Shown in pieces: positions 27,024-36,163 of a DNA stretch of 64,000 nt. The first letter of the stretch is position 1; the number at the start of each line of letters is the position of its first letter. This DNA is from Candidatus Acidiferrales bacterium (GTDB lineage: Bacteria; Acidobacteriota; Terriglobia; Acidiferrales; UBA7541), in NCBI GenBank assembly GCA_030038275.1, contig JASHPG010000221.1, forward strand, positions 3,451 to 67,450, in the 5' to 3' direction. The translations under genes were made by a program, and so were the position numbers. The notes below the pieces were generated by a model. It ran no database searches. It was given only the letters and a program-made list of their open reading frames with translations, and had not been told where the DNA came from.

Positions 27024-27518
27024 ATGCACGGCTCTCTTTCCAAGGAGGCGCTTACGGCCGGCGAATCGATTTTCCCCAACGCTGCCCGGATGTTGGAACA
27101 AGCTCTTGCGGAAGCCCGCGCCGGGCTAGCTGAAAGCGGAATCCCGATCGGCGCGGCTATTTACAACAGCAGTGGCGGCTTGATTGCGTCTGGACGCAAC
27201 CGCCGCGTGCAAAACGGAGACCCTTCGCTGCATGCCGAGACCGACGCGTTTCGAAACGCCGGTCGCCAGCGCACGTATCACGACCTAATCCTGGTGACGA
27301 CTCTCGCGCCTTGCTGGTATTGCAGCGGACTCGTGCGCCAGTTCGGCTTCCGCATCGTGATCGTTGGAGAGAGCCGCAATTTTCAAGGCGGCGTCGATTG
27401 GCTGCGCTCGTTTGGTGTCAGCGTGATCGACTTGGATTCTGGCGAATGCGCGAGCCTTCTAGCCGATTACATCCGCGAATATCCGGAAATCTGGAACGAG
27501 GATATTGGAGCCGAGTAG
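27024..27518 (+). CDS. CDA-fold zinc deaminase, yeast-FCY1-type cytosine deaminase-like
   Basis: HAE (LHAETDAF) and PCxxC (APCWYCSG) zinc motifs. GIPIGAAIY and the C-terminal EIWNEDIGAE resemble the FCY1 ending DWFEDIGE. The start may instead be ATG 27090 (MLEQALAE). Confidence 0.8.
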   Translation: MHGSLSKEALTAGESIFPNAARMLEQALAEARAGLAESGIPIGAAIYNSSGGLIASGRNRRVQNGDPSLHAETDAFRNAGRQRTYHDLILVTTLAPCWYCSGLVRQFGFRIVIVGESRNFQGGVDWLRSFGVSVIDLDSGECASLLADYIREYPEIWNEDIGAE

Positions 27519-27647
27519 CGTCGCCGACTCAGGGCTTAACTGCCCTTCGTCGCGTCAGGCGGTATTTCGGGGGAATCTTAACAATGGATTCCATGCCCGG
27601 CAATGCGACTTTAGAGTCTGCATGAGACGCCATGTGCGCCGCCAACG

Positions 27648-30302
27648 TCAGTCGTGCATTGCGTGAATCGCGACGTAATCGAAGGGTGCCGGCTCGCCGC
27701 TCTCCGGTCTGCCCTCGATGCGAATCACGTCGCCGGGCCGAAGCGCCAATCCGTGAATTTCCCTGCGCGTCGAAGTGTCTCCGCCAATTTGCGAACTCGG
27801 CAGGCTGTCGTCGGCTACCCACTCGTCCACCATCTGGTTGCCCACGAACACTCGAAAAGTTGATCTGCCATCGTTCAAATCGAAATATTGGACCTCCATC
27901 TCGTACCACCCCGCCGGCCGCTCGAAGCGAAACGATGCGGAGCAGGTCTGCTTAGGAGCTTCGCACTCCACAGCTTTTCCTCCCGACGCATTCTCCGGCG
28001 GCGTCACGTCAACGGGCGTATACCCATCCAACTGCATCGATTCGGCTTCCACGCGATCCGGATAATGGCCCACGCGCCCGCGCGCGTCCGCAATGCCGGA
28101 CATGCGATAGAACCAATTGCACACCGCGTCGCGCCATACGATCGCGTGTCCCACCTGATATTTCAATCGCCCCAGTACAAACGCATATCTCTCGTCGTCG
28201 ATCCGCCCGCGCAGCGATTCCCAATCGTGGACGTATTGCTTCACTCGCTCCACGCCCTCGTAATGCGAATCGTAGATGTACTGAATCACCGTTTGCCCGG
28301 AATGCAGCTTGTACGTGTAGGGCACATGATGAAAAAACAGCAGCAGATCATCCGGCGTCGCGCTCAGCGTCTCGAATTCCTTCCGCGCTTCCGGAGAATA
28401 CTGCCCAACGTACCCCGTTCCCGTCGCAATCGTTCGGTCCATCCCGACGCCTTCACGTCCGCCGCGAAACCATTGTCCCCAGCCGTTGTGTTCCGCCGAC
28501 CCGACTCCCGGCCCGTAATGGCTGCCCAGAATATTCGTCAACGTTCCCGCGCCCAGCGGCCCTGTATAATCCTCATACGTCCGCCACGAAGATAATTGCA
28601 TCGCGTCAATCGTTCGATCCACCAGCGGATCGCTCCCGAACGTTAGCTTCGTCCATTCGTCGATGATCGCGGCGGAACTGAGGTTCGGGTTCCACGCCAG
28701 CCGCCCGAATCCGTAGAGATTTGCCATCGCCATCGGATTCCCAAGCCAGTTCGCATCCAATCCGACGTTACTCACGCCCGCGAATCCGCCCAGTGGCCGG
28801 TTAAACGAACGCCCCGTCGCAATATTCTTCACCGGCGTCGTCCGCCCGTTCACGCGCATATCGAAATCGAGCGTCGCCTTCCACATCGGTACGAGAAACA
28901 CCAGATGCCGCTGCTGTCCCGTGTATTCCTGCGTGATCTGCAATTCGATTGCTTCATTCGTTTTCTGCAATCCTCCGAATAATGGCGACGCGGGCTCGCG
29001 CACCTGAAAATCAATCGGCCCGTTCTTGATTTGGACGATCGCGTTATCCGCGAATTTTCCGTCGAGGGGATGAAAGATGTCGTACGCGGCTTTCGCGCGG
29101 TCGTTTCTCGGGTTGCGCCAGTCCAGGTGCGAGTTGTAAACGAACGCTCGATAGAGCAGCACGCCGCCGTGCGGTTCGAGAGCCTTCGCCAGCATATTCG
29201 CCGCGTCCGCCGGCGTGCGCCCGTAGCTCGAAGGCCCCGGCTTGCCTTCCGAATCCGCCTTCACCAGAAATCCTCCGAAGTCCGGAATCCGCCGGTAAAT
29301 TTCATCTACTTTCTTGTCCCACCACGAAATCACGCGCTGATCGAGCGGATCGAATGTGTCGAATTGCCCCATCGCTTTCGGCGCGCCGAAATCCACCGAG
29401 ATCGCCAGCTTCACTCCCCACGGACGGAACGCGTCCGCGATGCGCGCCAGTTGCGCAATGAAATCCGGGCGCAACATGTTCGGACTGGCGTTCACGTTGT
29501 TCACCACGCATCCATCGATCCCGATCGACGCGAGCAGCCGCGCGTAGTCGCTCGCGCGCGAAAGATCGGCTCGCACGCTTCCGTTGTCGAAGAAAATGGA
29601 TCGCCCGCCGTAGCCCCGCTCGATATTTCCGTTCAGGTTGTCCCATTCGTTCACCCAGCGCACGGACGCGGACGGTTGCTCCGTCACGCGCAAGCGCGCC
29701 AAATCCTCGCCAAGAGCGATTCGGCGCAGCAGGTCGAACGTTCCGTAGAGCGCGCCGCGTCCATCCGCCCCCGCCACGATCAGGCAATCGAATCCGTGTA
29801 CCCGCGCACGTGCGATCCAGTAGCCGCCGGGAGCAAGCGATGTCGGCGCCGGAATCGTCGGCGCTTCTGCGCGCAATTCTTCAATCGTAGTCAGCACGAT
29901 TGAGTTTTCCGATGGCAACCCGCTCCCCGCGCGCAGCGTTCGCCCCAGCATCCCGCGCACGCCGCGAATCAGCTCCGCTTGAGAGCCATGCAGCAACTCC
30001 GAATCGCCCAGCACGTTAACGCTCGCGGGAAGCGAATCGTACTTCGCGCGCTCGGTGCCCGAAAGTTGCGCGTAGCGCAGCCACGCATCGTACCCGTTGT
30101 CGGCGCGCACAGCCGTCGCTGGCCACACGATCGCAATCGCCGCAACCACAGCCGGCAACAGGATCGCCATCGCCGCGCGCTCGGCGGAGCGCCAAATAAA
30201 CCGCTGCCTCGAAGCCAAACGCAGCCGCGAAACGCACGCCAGCTGCGGCCTGAAACGCCGCCAACCCACGCGCCGCCAAACGCCGCGTAGCTCCCTCACC
30301 AA
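27648..30302 (-). CDS. aguA: GH67 alpha-glucuronidase with an extra ~130-aa C-terminal CBM6/35-like beta-sandwich
   Basis: DNGYDAWLRYAQL after a signal-like segment. Family-typical length plus the tail RVEAESMQLDGYTPVDV..ASGGKAVE..ASFRFERPAGWYEMEVQYFDLNDGRSTFRVFV. Start uncertain: the longest ORF uses TTG 30302, and the first ATG is 30170 (MAILLPAVVAAIAIVWPATAVRA). Confidence 0.85.
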   Translation of the reverse strand: MVRELRGVWRRVGWRRFRPQLACVSRLRLASRQRFIWRSAERAAMAILLPAVVAAIAIVWPATAVRADNGYDAWLRYAQLSGTERAKYDSLPASVNVLGDSELLHGSQAELIRGVRGMLGRTLRAGSGLPSENSIVLTTIEELRAEAPTIPAPTSLAPGGYWIARARVHGFDCLIVAGADGRGALYGTFDLLRRIALGEDLARLRVTEQPSASVRWVNEWDNLNGNIERGYGGRSIFFDNGSVRADLSRASDYARLLASIGIDGCVVNNVNASPNMLRPDFIAQLARIADAFRPWGVKLAISVDFGAPKAMGQFDTFDPLDQRVISWWDKKVDEIYRRIPDFGGFLVKADSEGKPGPSSYGRTPADAANMLAKALEPHGGVLLYRAFVYNSHLDWRNPRNDRAKAAYDIFHPLDGKFADNAIVQIKNGPIDFQVREPASPLFGGLQKTNEAIELQITQEYTGQQRHLVFLVPMWKATLDFDMRVNGRTTPVKNIATGRSFNRPLGGFAGVSNVGLDANWLGNPMAMANLYGFGRLAWNPNLSSAAIIDEWTKLTFGSDPLVDRTIDAMQLSSWRTYEDYTGPLGAGTLTNILGSHYGPGVGSAEHNGWGQWFRGGREGVGMDRTIATGTGYVGQYSPEARKEFETLSATPDDLLLFFHHVPYTYKLHSGQTVIQYIYDSHYEGVERVKQYVHDWESLRGRIDDERYAFVLGRLKYQVGHAIVWRDAVCNWFYRMSGIADARGRVGHYPDRVEAESMQLDGYTPVDVTPPENASGGKAVECEAPKQTCSASFRFERPAGWYEMEVQYFDLNDGRSTFRVFVGNQMVDEWVADDSLPSSQIGGDTSTRREIHGLALRPGDVIRIEGRPESGEPAPFDYVAIHAMHD

Positions 30303-30783
30303 ACCCTCCGCACGTACTCTACTCCGCTAGTCAAGCTCCGTTCGCGAAGTGCTACGCGTCCCCGCGCGCGAGCGCGGCGGGCAGAGGAGCGGCAGCTTTC
30401 ACGTCCGGGTGAATGCGAGAAGCGTTTTGTGGGTCGCAACTTTACAGCCAACGCACGAATCTTTGTGGGTCGCGGCTTTTTACGCTGAGCGGAGTCGAAG
30501 GGCAGCCGCGGCATAGAGCCCGCGCAATCAAGGCGCCTTTTGCCTGTCTGCCGCGGGCAGGGCGCTGAAGCTCCCAGCGAGGTCCGCGTTCATGCAGCCC
30601 CATTAACGCGCACTTCCATGTTGACATCCAACAGGAAAACGACGTATCTTCAGCCCGTGCGATGAGGGATTTGTGCTGGCGGTATCGATCTTCCAATGGG
30701 CCGTTTGCGCAGACGATCCGAAAGGCGCCGGTCGCGCGCTTCGTAGCGCCGGTCCGCCGGGAGACAGGAAGAACGTCGCGCCT

Positions 30784-30813
30784 GCCATTTTGCCGTTGCA
30801 CTTTCGGGTGCCG
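30784..30813 (+). repeat. Short dispersed repeat (27/30 identical to 34131-34160)
   Basis: GCCATTTTGCCGTTGCACTTTCGGGTGCCG vs GCCATTTTGTCGTTGCATTTCCGGGTGCCG. Flanking similarity (..CGAAG..C..CTTCGCGGT.TT..) continues after an inserted element. Confidence 0.7.
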
Positions 30814-30863
30814 CTTGTGCCGAAGGCCTACGGGCAGTCTGGGCGCGCTGTGCGAAACAGGTT

Positions 30864-30925
30864 GTCATCCCGAATCGAGTCCCGGCGGTTTGGGCCGGGA
30901 ATCAGGGTGAGGGATCTGCTGTTGC
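30864..30925 (+). repeat. REP-like element GTCATCCCG...GATCTGCTGTTGC
   Basis: The same terminal motifs occur at 33964-34068. This matches my recollection of a common acidobacterial REP that yields spurious '..KDLLL..' ORF translations. Confidence 0.65.
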
Positions 30926-31081
30926 ATTTAGCTTTGCGGTTGCCGCTTGCCCCGAGCAACGAAGCGCGCTCTTCGCGGTGTTTGCGGCGGGTGCGGATAT
31001 CTTTATGTAGCGCCGCGCCCGCCTGCCGGTCTGCGGGCAGGCTTCAGCGCGGCAGGGTTTCGGGCTTGGCGATGAATTGCC

Positions 31082-33847
31082 ATGCGTCATCTTAAAAAAA
31101 GTATCGCGCGCCTCCGCGCTCTCGCCTCCCGCATCCGCGGCTTCTTCTCTTCTCGCCGTGACGACGCCGATTTCCAGGACGAGCTTTCCGCCCACCTCTC
31201 CATGCTCGAAGACGAAAACCTCCGCCGCGGCCTCCCTCCCGACGAAGCCCGCCGCCAGGCCCGCCTCCGCCTCGGCGCCGAAGCTCAGCTTCGCGAATCG
31301 CAGCACGATCTTTGCGGCCTGCCCTGGCTCGAATCTCTGCTCCAAGACGTCCGCTTCGGCCTCCGCATGTTGCGCAAATCTCCGGGGTTCACCGCCATCG
31401 CCATCCTCACCCTTGCCCTCGGCATCGGCGCGAACACCGCCATCTTTTCCTGCACGGACCAACTCGTGCTCCGCAACTTGCCAGTGCCGCATCCCGATCA
31501 GCTCGTGGTGTTGCGCTCGCCGGGGCCGATTCCGGGTTACTGCTGGTCGGATATCGATAACTGCGCGCAGTCCTTTTCCTATCCGATGTATCGCGATCTA
31601 CGCGACCGGGCCACGGTGTTTTCAGGGTTGCTCGCCTATCGGGAAATCGACGTGAACATCTCCGGACACGGCGTGACACAGACCGCCCATGGCGAGTTGG
31701 TCAGCGGAAACTTTTTCCAGACGCTGCAAGTCCCGCCAGCGCTTGGCCGCCTGTTCACTCCAGACGACGAAACGGCGCCGGGAGCAAATACTGTGGCCGT
31801 GCTGAGCTACGGCTATTGGACGCGGCAATTCGGTGCGGACCCGTCCGTGCTGGACAAGCCACTAGTCGTGAACGGTGTCCCGCTAACGGTAGTCGGCGTA
31901 GCGCGCAAAGGATTTTTTGGCGTGGAAATCGGCTCGACGCCGGATATTTTCATTCCCGTGACCATGAAGGCGCAAATGGCGCCCGACGCGATTCTCAGCT
32001 TGGAGAGCCCCGGCGACCGCTGGCTACCGCTGGTGGCTCGGCTGAAACCTGGCGTTTCGATTGCCCGTGCTGAAGTGGCCCTGCAGCCGATTTACGCACC
32101 GCTTCTGGAATCAGAGGCCAAGCTGCTCAAGCTCTCGGGCAACGACCGGAAGCTATTCGTCGGTAGGCCGTTGCTGCTAGTCAGCGGCTCGCGCGGCCGA
32201 CTTGTTTTGCAGCAGGATACGGAAGAGCCGCTGCTCGTGCTGATGAGCATGGTGGGATTGGTGCTGCTGATTGCCTGCGCGAACCTAGCAGGATTGCTAG
32301 TGGCACGCGGAGAAACGCGGCAGCGCGAAATTGCCGTACGAATGGCGTTGGGCGCGGGTCGCGGACGTCTCTTGTGGCAACTCCTGATGGAAAGCCTGCT
32401 TATCGCAGTCGCGGGCGGCGCCGCCGGGATTGCGCTCGCTTCGTGGGGTCTGAAGGCGATGGTTGGCGCGATCCCGAGCGATACGGGACTGAAAGGGCTC
32501 GAAGGCACTCTCGATTTCCGCCTCCTGTCGTTTGCGGTTGCGCTTACGCTCCTCACGAGTGTTCTATTTGGACTGGCGCCAGCGATACGCGCCACACGCG
32601 TCGCTTTGCACACCACGTTGAAGGAGCAGCATCCGAACCTTTCTTCCGCGGGGCGCTCGAGCATTGAGCTGCGCCGGATTTTGATTGTGGCGCAGGTGGC
32701 GTTCACGGCAGTGCTGTTAATCGGGGCGGGGCTTTTCGCGCGCACCCTGATAAACCTTGAACATGCCAATCTAGGTTTAAACCTCAGCCATCTCCTGCAA
32801 TTTTCTGTTTCGCCAGATTTGAATGGCTACTCGCTCGCACAAACGCAGCGGTTCGCCGATAGCGCGCGTCAGGAAATCGCTGCGCTTCCCGGCGTGCGGT
32901 CCGTCGCCCTTTCCTCAATGCCGATTTTTTCGAACGACGATTGGTCAAGCAACATTACCCCTGAAGGGTATGCGATGCGGCCCAGCGAGGATCCAAATGT
33001 TCAATATGACTACGTTTCTCCAGGTTACTTCTCGACGATGGAAATTCCGCTTCTCGCCGGACGCGAATTCACTGATGCGGACGACGCGAATGCTCCGAAG
33101 GTCTGCATCATCAATGCGAAACTGGCTCAGCGATATTTCGCGGGGCGCAATCCGATCGGATTGCATGTTGGGCATGGCGTCGGGCCCAACGTTCATCCCG
33201 ATATCGAAATCGTCGGTGTGGTAGCAAACAGCAAATGGGACAACGCCCGCACCGATGTGGCTCCCTTCATGTATTCTCCTTATTCGCAAGGAACGAATCT
33301 GAGCGTGGCCCCGCTGAGCTTTTACGTGCGCGCGAAACGCGATCCAGCGCAGACGGCGGCAAGTTTGCGTGCCACGATTGCGCGTCTGGATCCTAGTTTG
33401 CCGGTCAACGATATGCGTACCGTCAAGCAGCAACTCAGCGATTCCATGTTCAACGGCCGATTAGTCGCGGCGCTTTCGGTTTCGCTGGCGCTGCTCGCTG
33501 CGCTCCTCGCCGCGCTTGGTCTCTACGGTGTCCTCTCGTACGTCGTGGCGCGGCGCACACCCGAGATCGGAATTCGGATGGCGCTTGGCGCACAGTCCAG
33601 CGATATCCTTCGCGGTGTTATCGGCGAAGGAGTTAGGCTCACTGTGATCGGCGCCGCGCTCGGAATCGCCGCTGCGCTCATGGCGGTGCGGTATGTTTCG
33701 AGCTTGCTGTACGGCGTGAAACCGGGCGATCCCCTCACGTTTCTCGGGGTATTCTCGGCGCTGCTATGCGTCGCACTACTAGCTTGCTACATTCCCGCGC
33801 GCCGCGCCTCGCGTGTCGATCCCATGACCGCCCTCCGCCACGAATAA
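31082..33847 (+). CDS. ADOP-family duplicated permease (MacB/FtsX-like, two 4-TM modules with large periplasmic domains)
   Basis: 921 aa. Family-typical leader RLRALASRIRGFFSSRRDDADFQDELSAHLSMLEDENLRRGLPPDEARRQARLRLG, then LRKSPGFTAIAILTLALGIGANTAIFS. A second FtsX module ends in ..YIPARRASRVDPMTALRHE. Confidence 0.9.
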   Translation: MRHLKKSIARLRALASRIRGFFSSRRDDADFQDELSAHLSMLEDENLRRGLPPDEARRQARLRLGAEAQLRESQHDLCGLPWLESLLQDVRFGLRMLRKSPGFTAIAILTLALGIGANTAIFSCTDQLVLRNLPVPHPDQLVVLRSPGPIPGYCWSDIDNCAQSFSYPMYRDLRDRATVFSGLLAYREIDVNISGHGVTQTAHGELVSGNFFQTLQVPPALGRLFTPDDETAPGANTVAVLSYGYWTRQFGADPSVLDKPLVVNGVPLTVVGVARKGFFGVEIGSTPDIFIPVTMKAQMAPDAILSLESPGDRWLPLVARLKPGVSIARAEVALQPIYAPLLESEAKLLKLSGNDRKLFVGRPLLLVSGSRGRLVLQQDTEEPLLVLMSMVGLVLLIACANLAGLLVARGETRQREIAVRMALGAGRGRLLWQLLMESLLIAVAGGAAGIALASWGLKAMVGAIPSDTGLKGLEGTLDFRLLSFAVALTLLTSVLFGLAPAIRATRVALHTTLKEQHPNLSSAGRSSIELRRILIVAQVAFTAVLLIGAGLFARTLINLEHANLGLNLSHLLQFSVSPDLNGYSLAQTQRFADSARQEIAALPGVRSVALSSMPIFSNDDWSSNITPEGYAMRPSEDPNVQYDYVSPGYFSTMEIPLLAGREFTDADDANAPKVCIINAKLAQRYFAGRNPIGLHVGHGVGPNVHPDIEIVGVVANSKWDNARTDVAPFMYSPYSQGTNLSVAPLSFYVRAKRDPAQTAASLRATIARLDPSLPVNDMRTVKQQLSDSMFNGRLVAALSVSLALLAALLAALGLYGVLSYVVARRTPEIGIRMALGAQSSDILRGVIGEGVRLTVIGAALGIAAALMAVRYVSSLLYGVKPGDPLTFLGVFSALLCVALLACYIPARRASRVDPMTALRHE

Positions 33848-33919
33848 GTCCTGCCGAATGGCGCTGCCTGCTGGGTTTAGGAATTAAACGCCATCTGCGG
33901 CGTGGGCGTTCTCCGGGAA

Positions 33920-33944
33920 CGCCAATCTCCCGATTGGCGGTTTT
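33920..33944 (+). terminator. Candidate rho-independent terminator after the ADOP gene
   Basis: CGCCAATC-tccc-GATTGGCG followed by GTTTT, 73 nt past the stop. It overlaps a second hairpin GGCGTTC-tccgg-GAACGCC (33905-33923). Confidence 0.45.
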
Positions 33945-33963
33945 GGACCGGTCTCCCCGCACC

Positions 33964-34068
33964 GTCATCCCGCTCGTCTTGACCGGAGTCGAAAGGAACC
34001 GAGTCTCGCCGAATTGAACCGGGAATGACGGCGAGGCCTGCCTGCCGCAGGTAAAGATCTGCTGTTGC
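33964..34068 (+). repeat. REP-like element GTCATCCCG...GATCTGCTGTTGC (longer copy)
   Basis: Shares the terminal motifs with 30864-30925. Confidence 0.65.
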
Positions 34069-34130
34069 CTTGCGAGCGCCGCCAACTTTCATGCGTGTCG
34101 CGGTATTCTCGTAGCGTCGGCGTCTCTTCG

Positions 34131-34160
34131 GCCATTTTGTCGTTGCATTTCCGGGTGCCG
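34131..34160 (+). repeat. Short dispersed repeat (partner of 30784-30813)
   Basis: 27/30 identity, same orientation. Confidence 0.7.
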
Positions 34161-34417
34161 TTTATCGTGAGGCGAGGCCGAAGGGCATCCTTCGCGGTTT
34201 TCGAAGGGTGCGGATTTTCTCGTCGTGCAAAATCCTCTCAGTGGTCTGCTATAAATAGCCTGTGAACGACACGTCCCGCTTGACGCGCTGAGTGCCGCTT
34301 CCACTTCAATTCCCAAAAAGGGAAAGTTAGTACTACGCGAATTGAACCTGTACGCGCTCGCATCTCCATGCTACCGTTACTCGTTTTTGATCGCCTACGG
34401 AAAGCGGTTGAGCGAAG

Positions 34418-34905
34418 GCGGAAGAGAAGAAAGGAGGGATTGGGCGCAATGGATGTGGCGATGAGAGCAGAGTCGGCCTCCTTTACGCATGAAGAATTCT
34501 TCTCTTTTTATTCGCTTTTGACTGCCTCTCAAGGGCGGAACAGCCAATCAACCTTGCACACACGTAAATCGCTGAAAACGCAGGTACATGAAAATCAAAG
34601 GCCGGAACGTCCCGGTGCATCTTCTGATGCGGGATTTTGCACTCTAATTTCTAACGCCGAGCCTCTAACCCCTAGAGCTGGTGCATTTTCTCATGCACAG
34701 TTTTCTCGCCGGAATTCGCGCGGCCACGAAAGCGCACGCCAACTCGCGAGTCACTACTCACCAATTACTACTCATCGGTTACCAAATGCTACCCGAGACA
34801 GCAATCGAGTAGAATCACTCGCAAGTCATAGAAAACAAAAGACGGGGTATGCCTCTACCCGAGACACTTCCCGTCACGTTTTCAGTCGGTTTTCAAGCCG
34901 AATTC
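34418..34905 (+). repeat. Dispersed intergenic repeat, copy B (inverted relative to copy A at 4925-5285)
   Basis: See copy A for block identities. Copy B carries an extra ~125 nt (about 34665-34788) between the GAGCCTCTA and CTACCCGAGACA blocks. Confidence 0.75.
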
Positions 34906-34952
34906 CGAGCCGCACCAAACCGCCGCATTCGCTTTCCAGCCATTCGGCGCCG

Positions 34953-36131
34953 TTACCTCACTCCGGCAAGGACGTCGATCGTAAGCTGATCCAGACGCTC
35001 GTAAGGGAGCCGCTTGTGGGCGATCTGCTCGCGATTGAAAATGCGGCTCAGCAGGGATGCTGCGCTCTTTTTCGAGAAGCGGCCGATCTCTCCATTCTGG
35101 CCGGGACCGGCGGAGACCGCTTCAAGGATGCTTTGAATTTCAGCATCTTCGTTCCAGCGCCGGGCTTTTTCCTTCAATATCAGGTAGGTGCGCATGCAAC
35201 CAGCCGCAAAATCCTTCACGCCTTCGTAATCCTCGGTGCGATAGGCGTGCGCGTCGAAATGCCGCGGGCCATCGTAGCCAATGTCTTCGAGAAACTTCAC
35301 CAGCCAAAACGCCGACTTCAAGTTGGCCGAACCAAAGCGAAGGTCTTGATCGTAACGTCCCGGCATTTGATCGTTCAGATCGATGTGGAAGAGCTTGCCA
35401 GCTTCCCATGCTTGTGCGACGCCGTGCATAAAATTCAATCCGGCCATGTGCTCGTGGGCGACTTCCGGGTTCACGCCGACCATTTCCGGATGGTCGAGCG
35501 TGGGAATGAAACCCAGATAATGGCCGGTAGTGGCCATGTAGATATCGGCGCGAGGTTCGTTCGGTTTCGCTTCCAGGGCCAGCTTGAATCCGTAGCGGCG
35601 GTCCAAATTGTATTCACAAAGATAGTTGACGGCGTCGCGCAGACGCTTAATGGCGATGTCCGCGCGGCGGCACGCGTCGGTTTCCACGCCCTCGCGGCCG
35701 CCCCAGAGAACGAAAATCTTCGCGCCAAGTTCCGCGCCGATGTCCATCGCGCGCATGGTCTTCTGCAGAGCGTAGGCGCGCACCTCCGGATCGTTCGCCG
35801 TGAAAGCGCCGTCTCGAAATACGGGATCGAAAAACAGCGAGACGGTCGCCATGGGCACGACGATCCCATTTTTCTTGCAGCTTGCGGCGAACTCTCGCAC
35901 GAGCCGATCGCGCTCGGCGGGCGTCGCGTCGATTGGCACCAAGTCGTTATCGTGCAGATTGACTCCCCACGCGCCTACTTCCGCCAGCATGGCGACAATT
36001 TCCGCGGGTTTCAGCGCAGGCCGCACGAAGTCGCCAAATGGGTCGCGCCCGCGGTTGCCCACGGTCCAAAGGCCAAACGAAAATTTGTGTTCGGGTTTTG
36101 GCGCGTACTGCCCGTCCGATTTCTTTTTCAT
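34953..36131 (-). CDS. xylA: Xylose isomerase, class I (short, actinobacterial type)
   Basis: 392 aa. [70 protein letters not shown]. Collinear with my recollection of Streptomyces XylA. Confidence 0.95.
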   Translation of the reverse strand: MKKKSDGQYAPKPEHKFSFGLWTVGNRGRDPFGDFVRPALKPAEIVAMLAEVGAWGVNLHDNDLVPIDATPAERDRLVREFAASCKKNGIVVPMATVSLFFDPVFRDGAFTANDPEVRAYALQKTMRAMDIGAELGAKIFVLWGGREGVETDACRRADIAIKRLRDAVNYLCEYNLDRRYGFKLALEAKPNEPRADIYMATTGHYLGFIPTLDHPEMVGVNPEVAHEHMAGLNFMHGVAQAWEAGKLFHIDLNDQMPGRYDQDLRFGSANLKSAFWLVKFLEDIGYDGPRHFDAHAYRTEDYEGVKDFAAGCMRTYLILKEKARRWNEDAEIQSILEAVSAGPGQNGEIGRFSKKSAASLLSRIFNREQIAHKRLPYERLDQLTIDVLAGVR

Positions 36132-36163
36132 CTGCTTCTCCCGCCCGCGAAAATGAAAACAAC

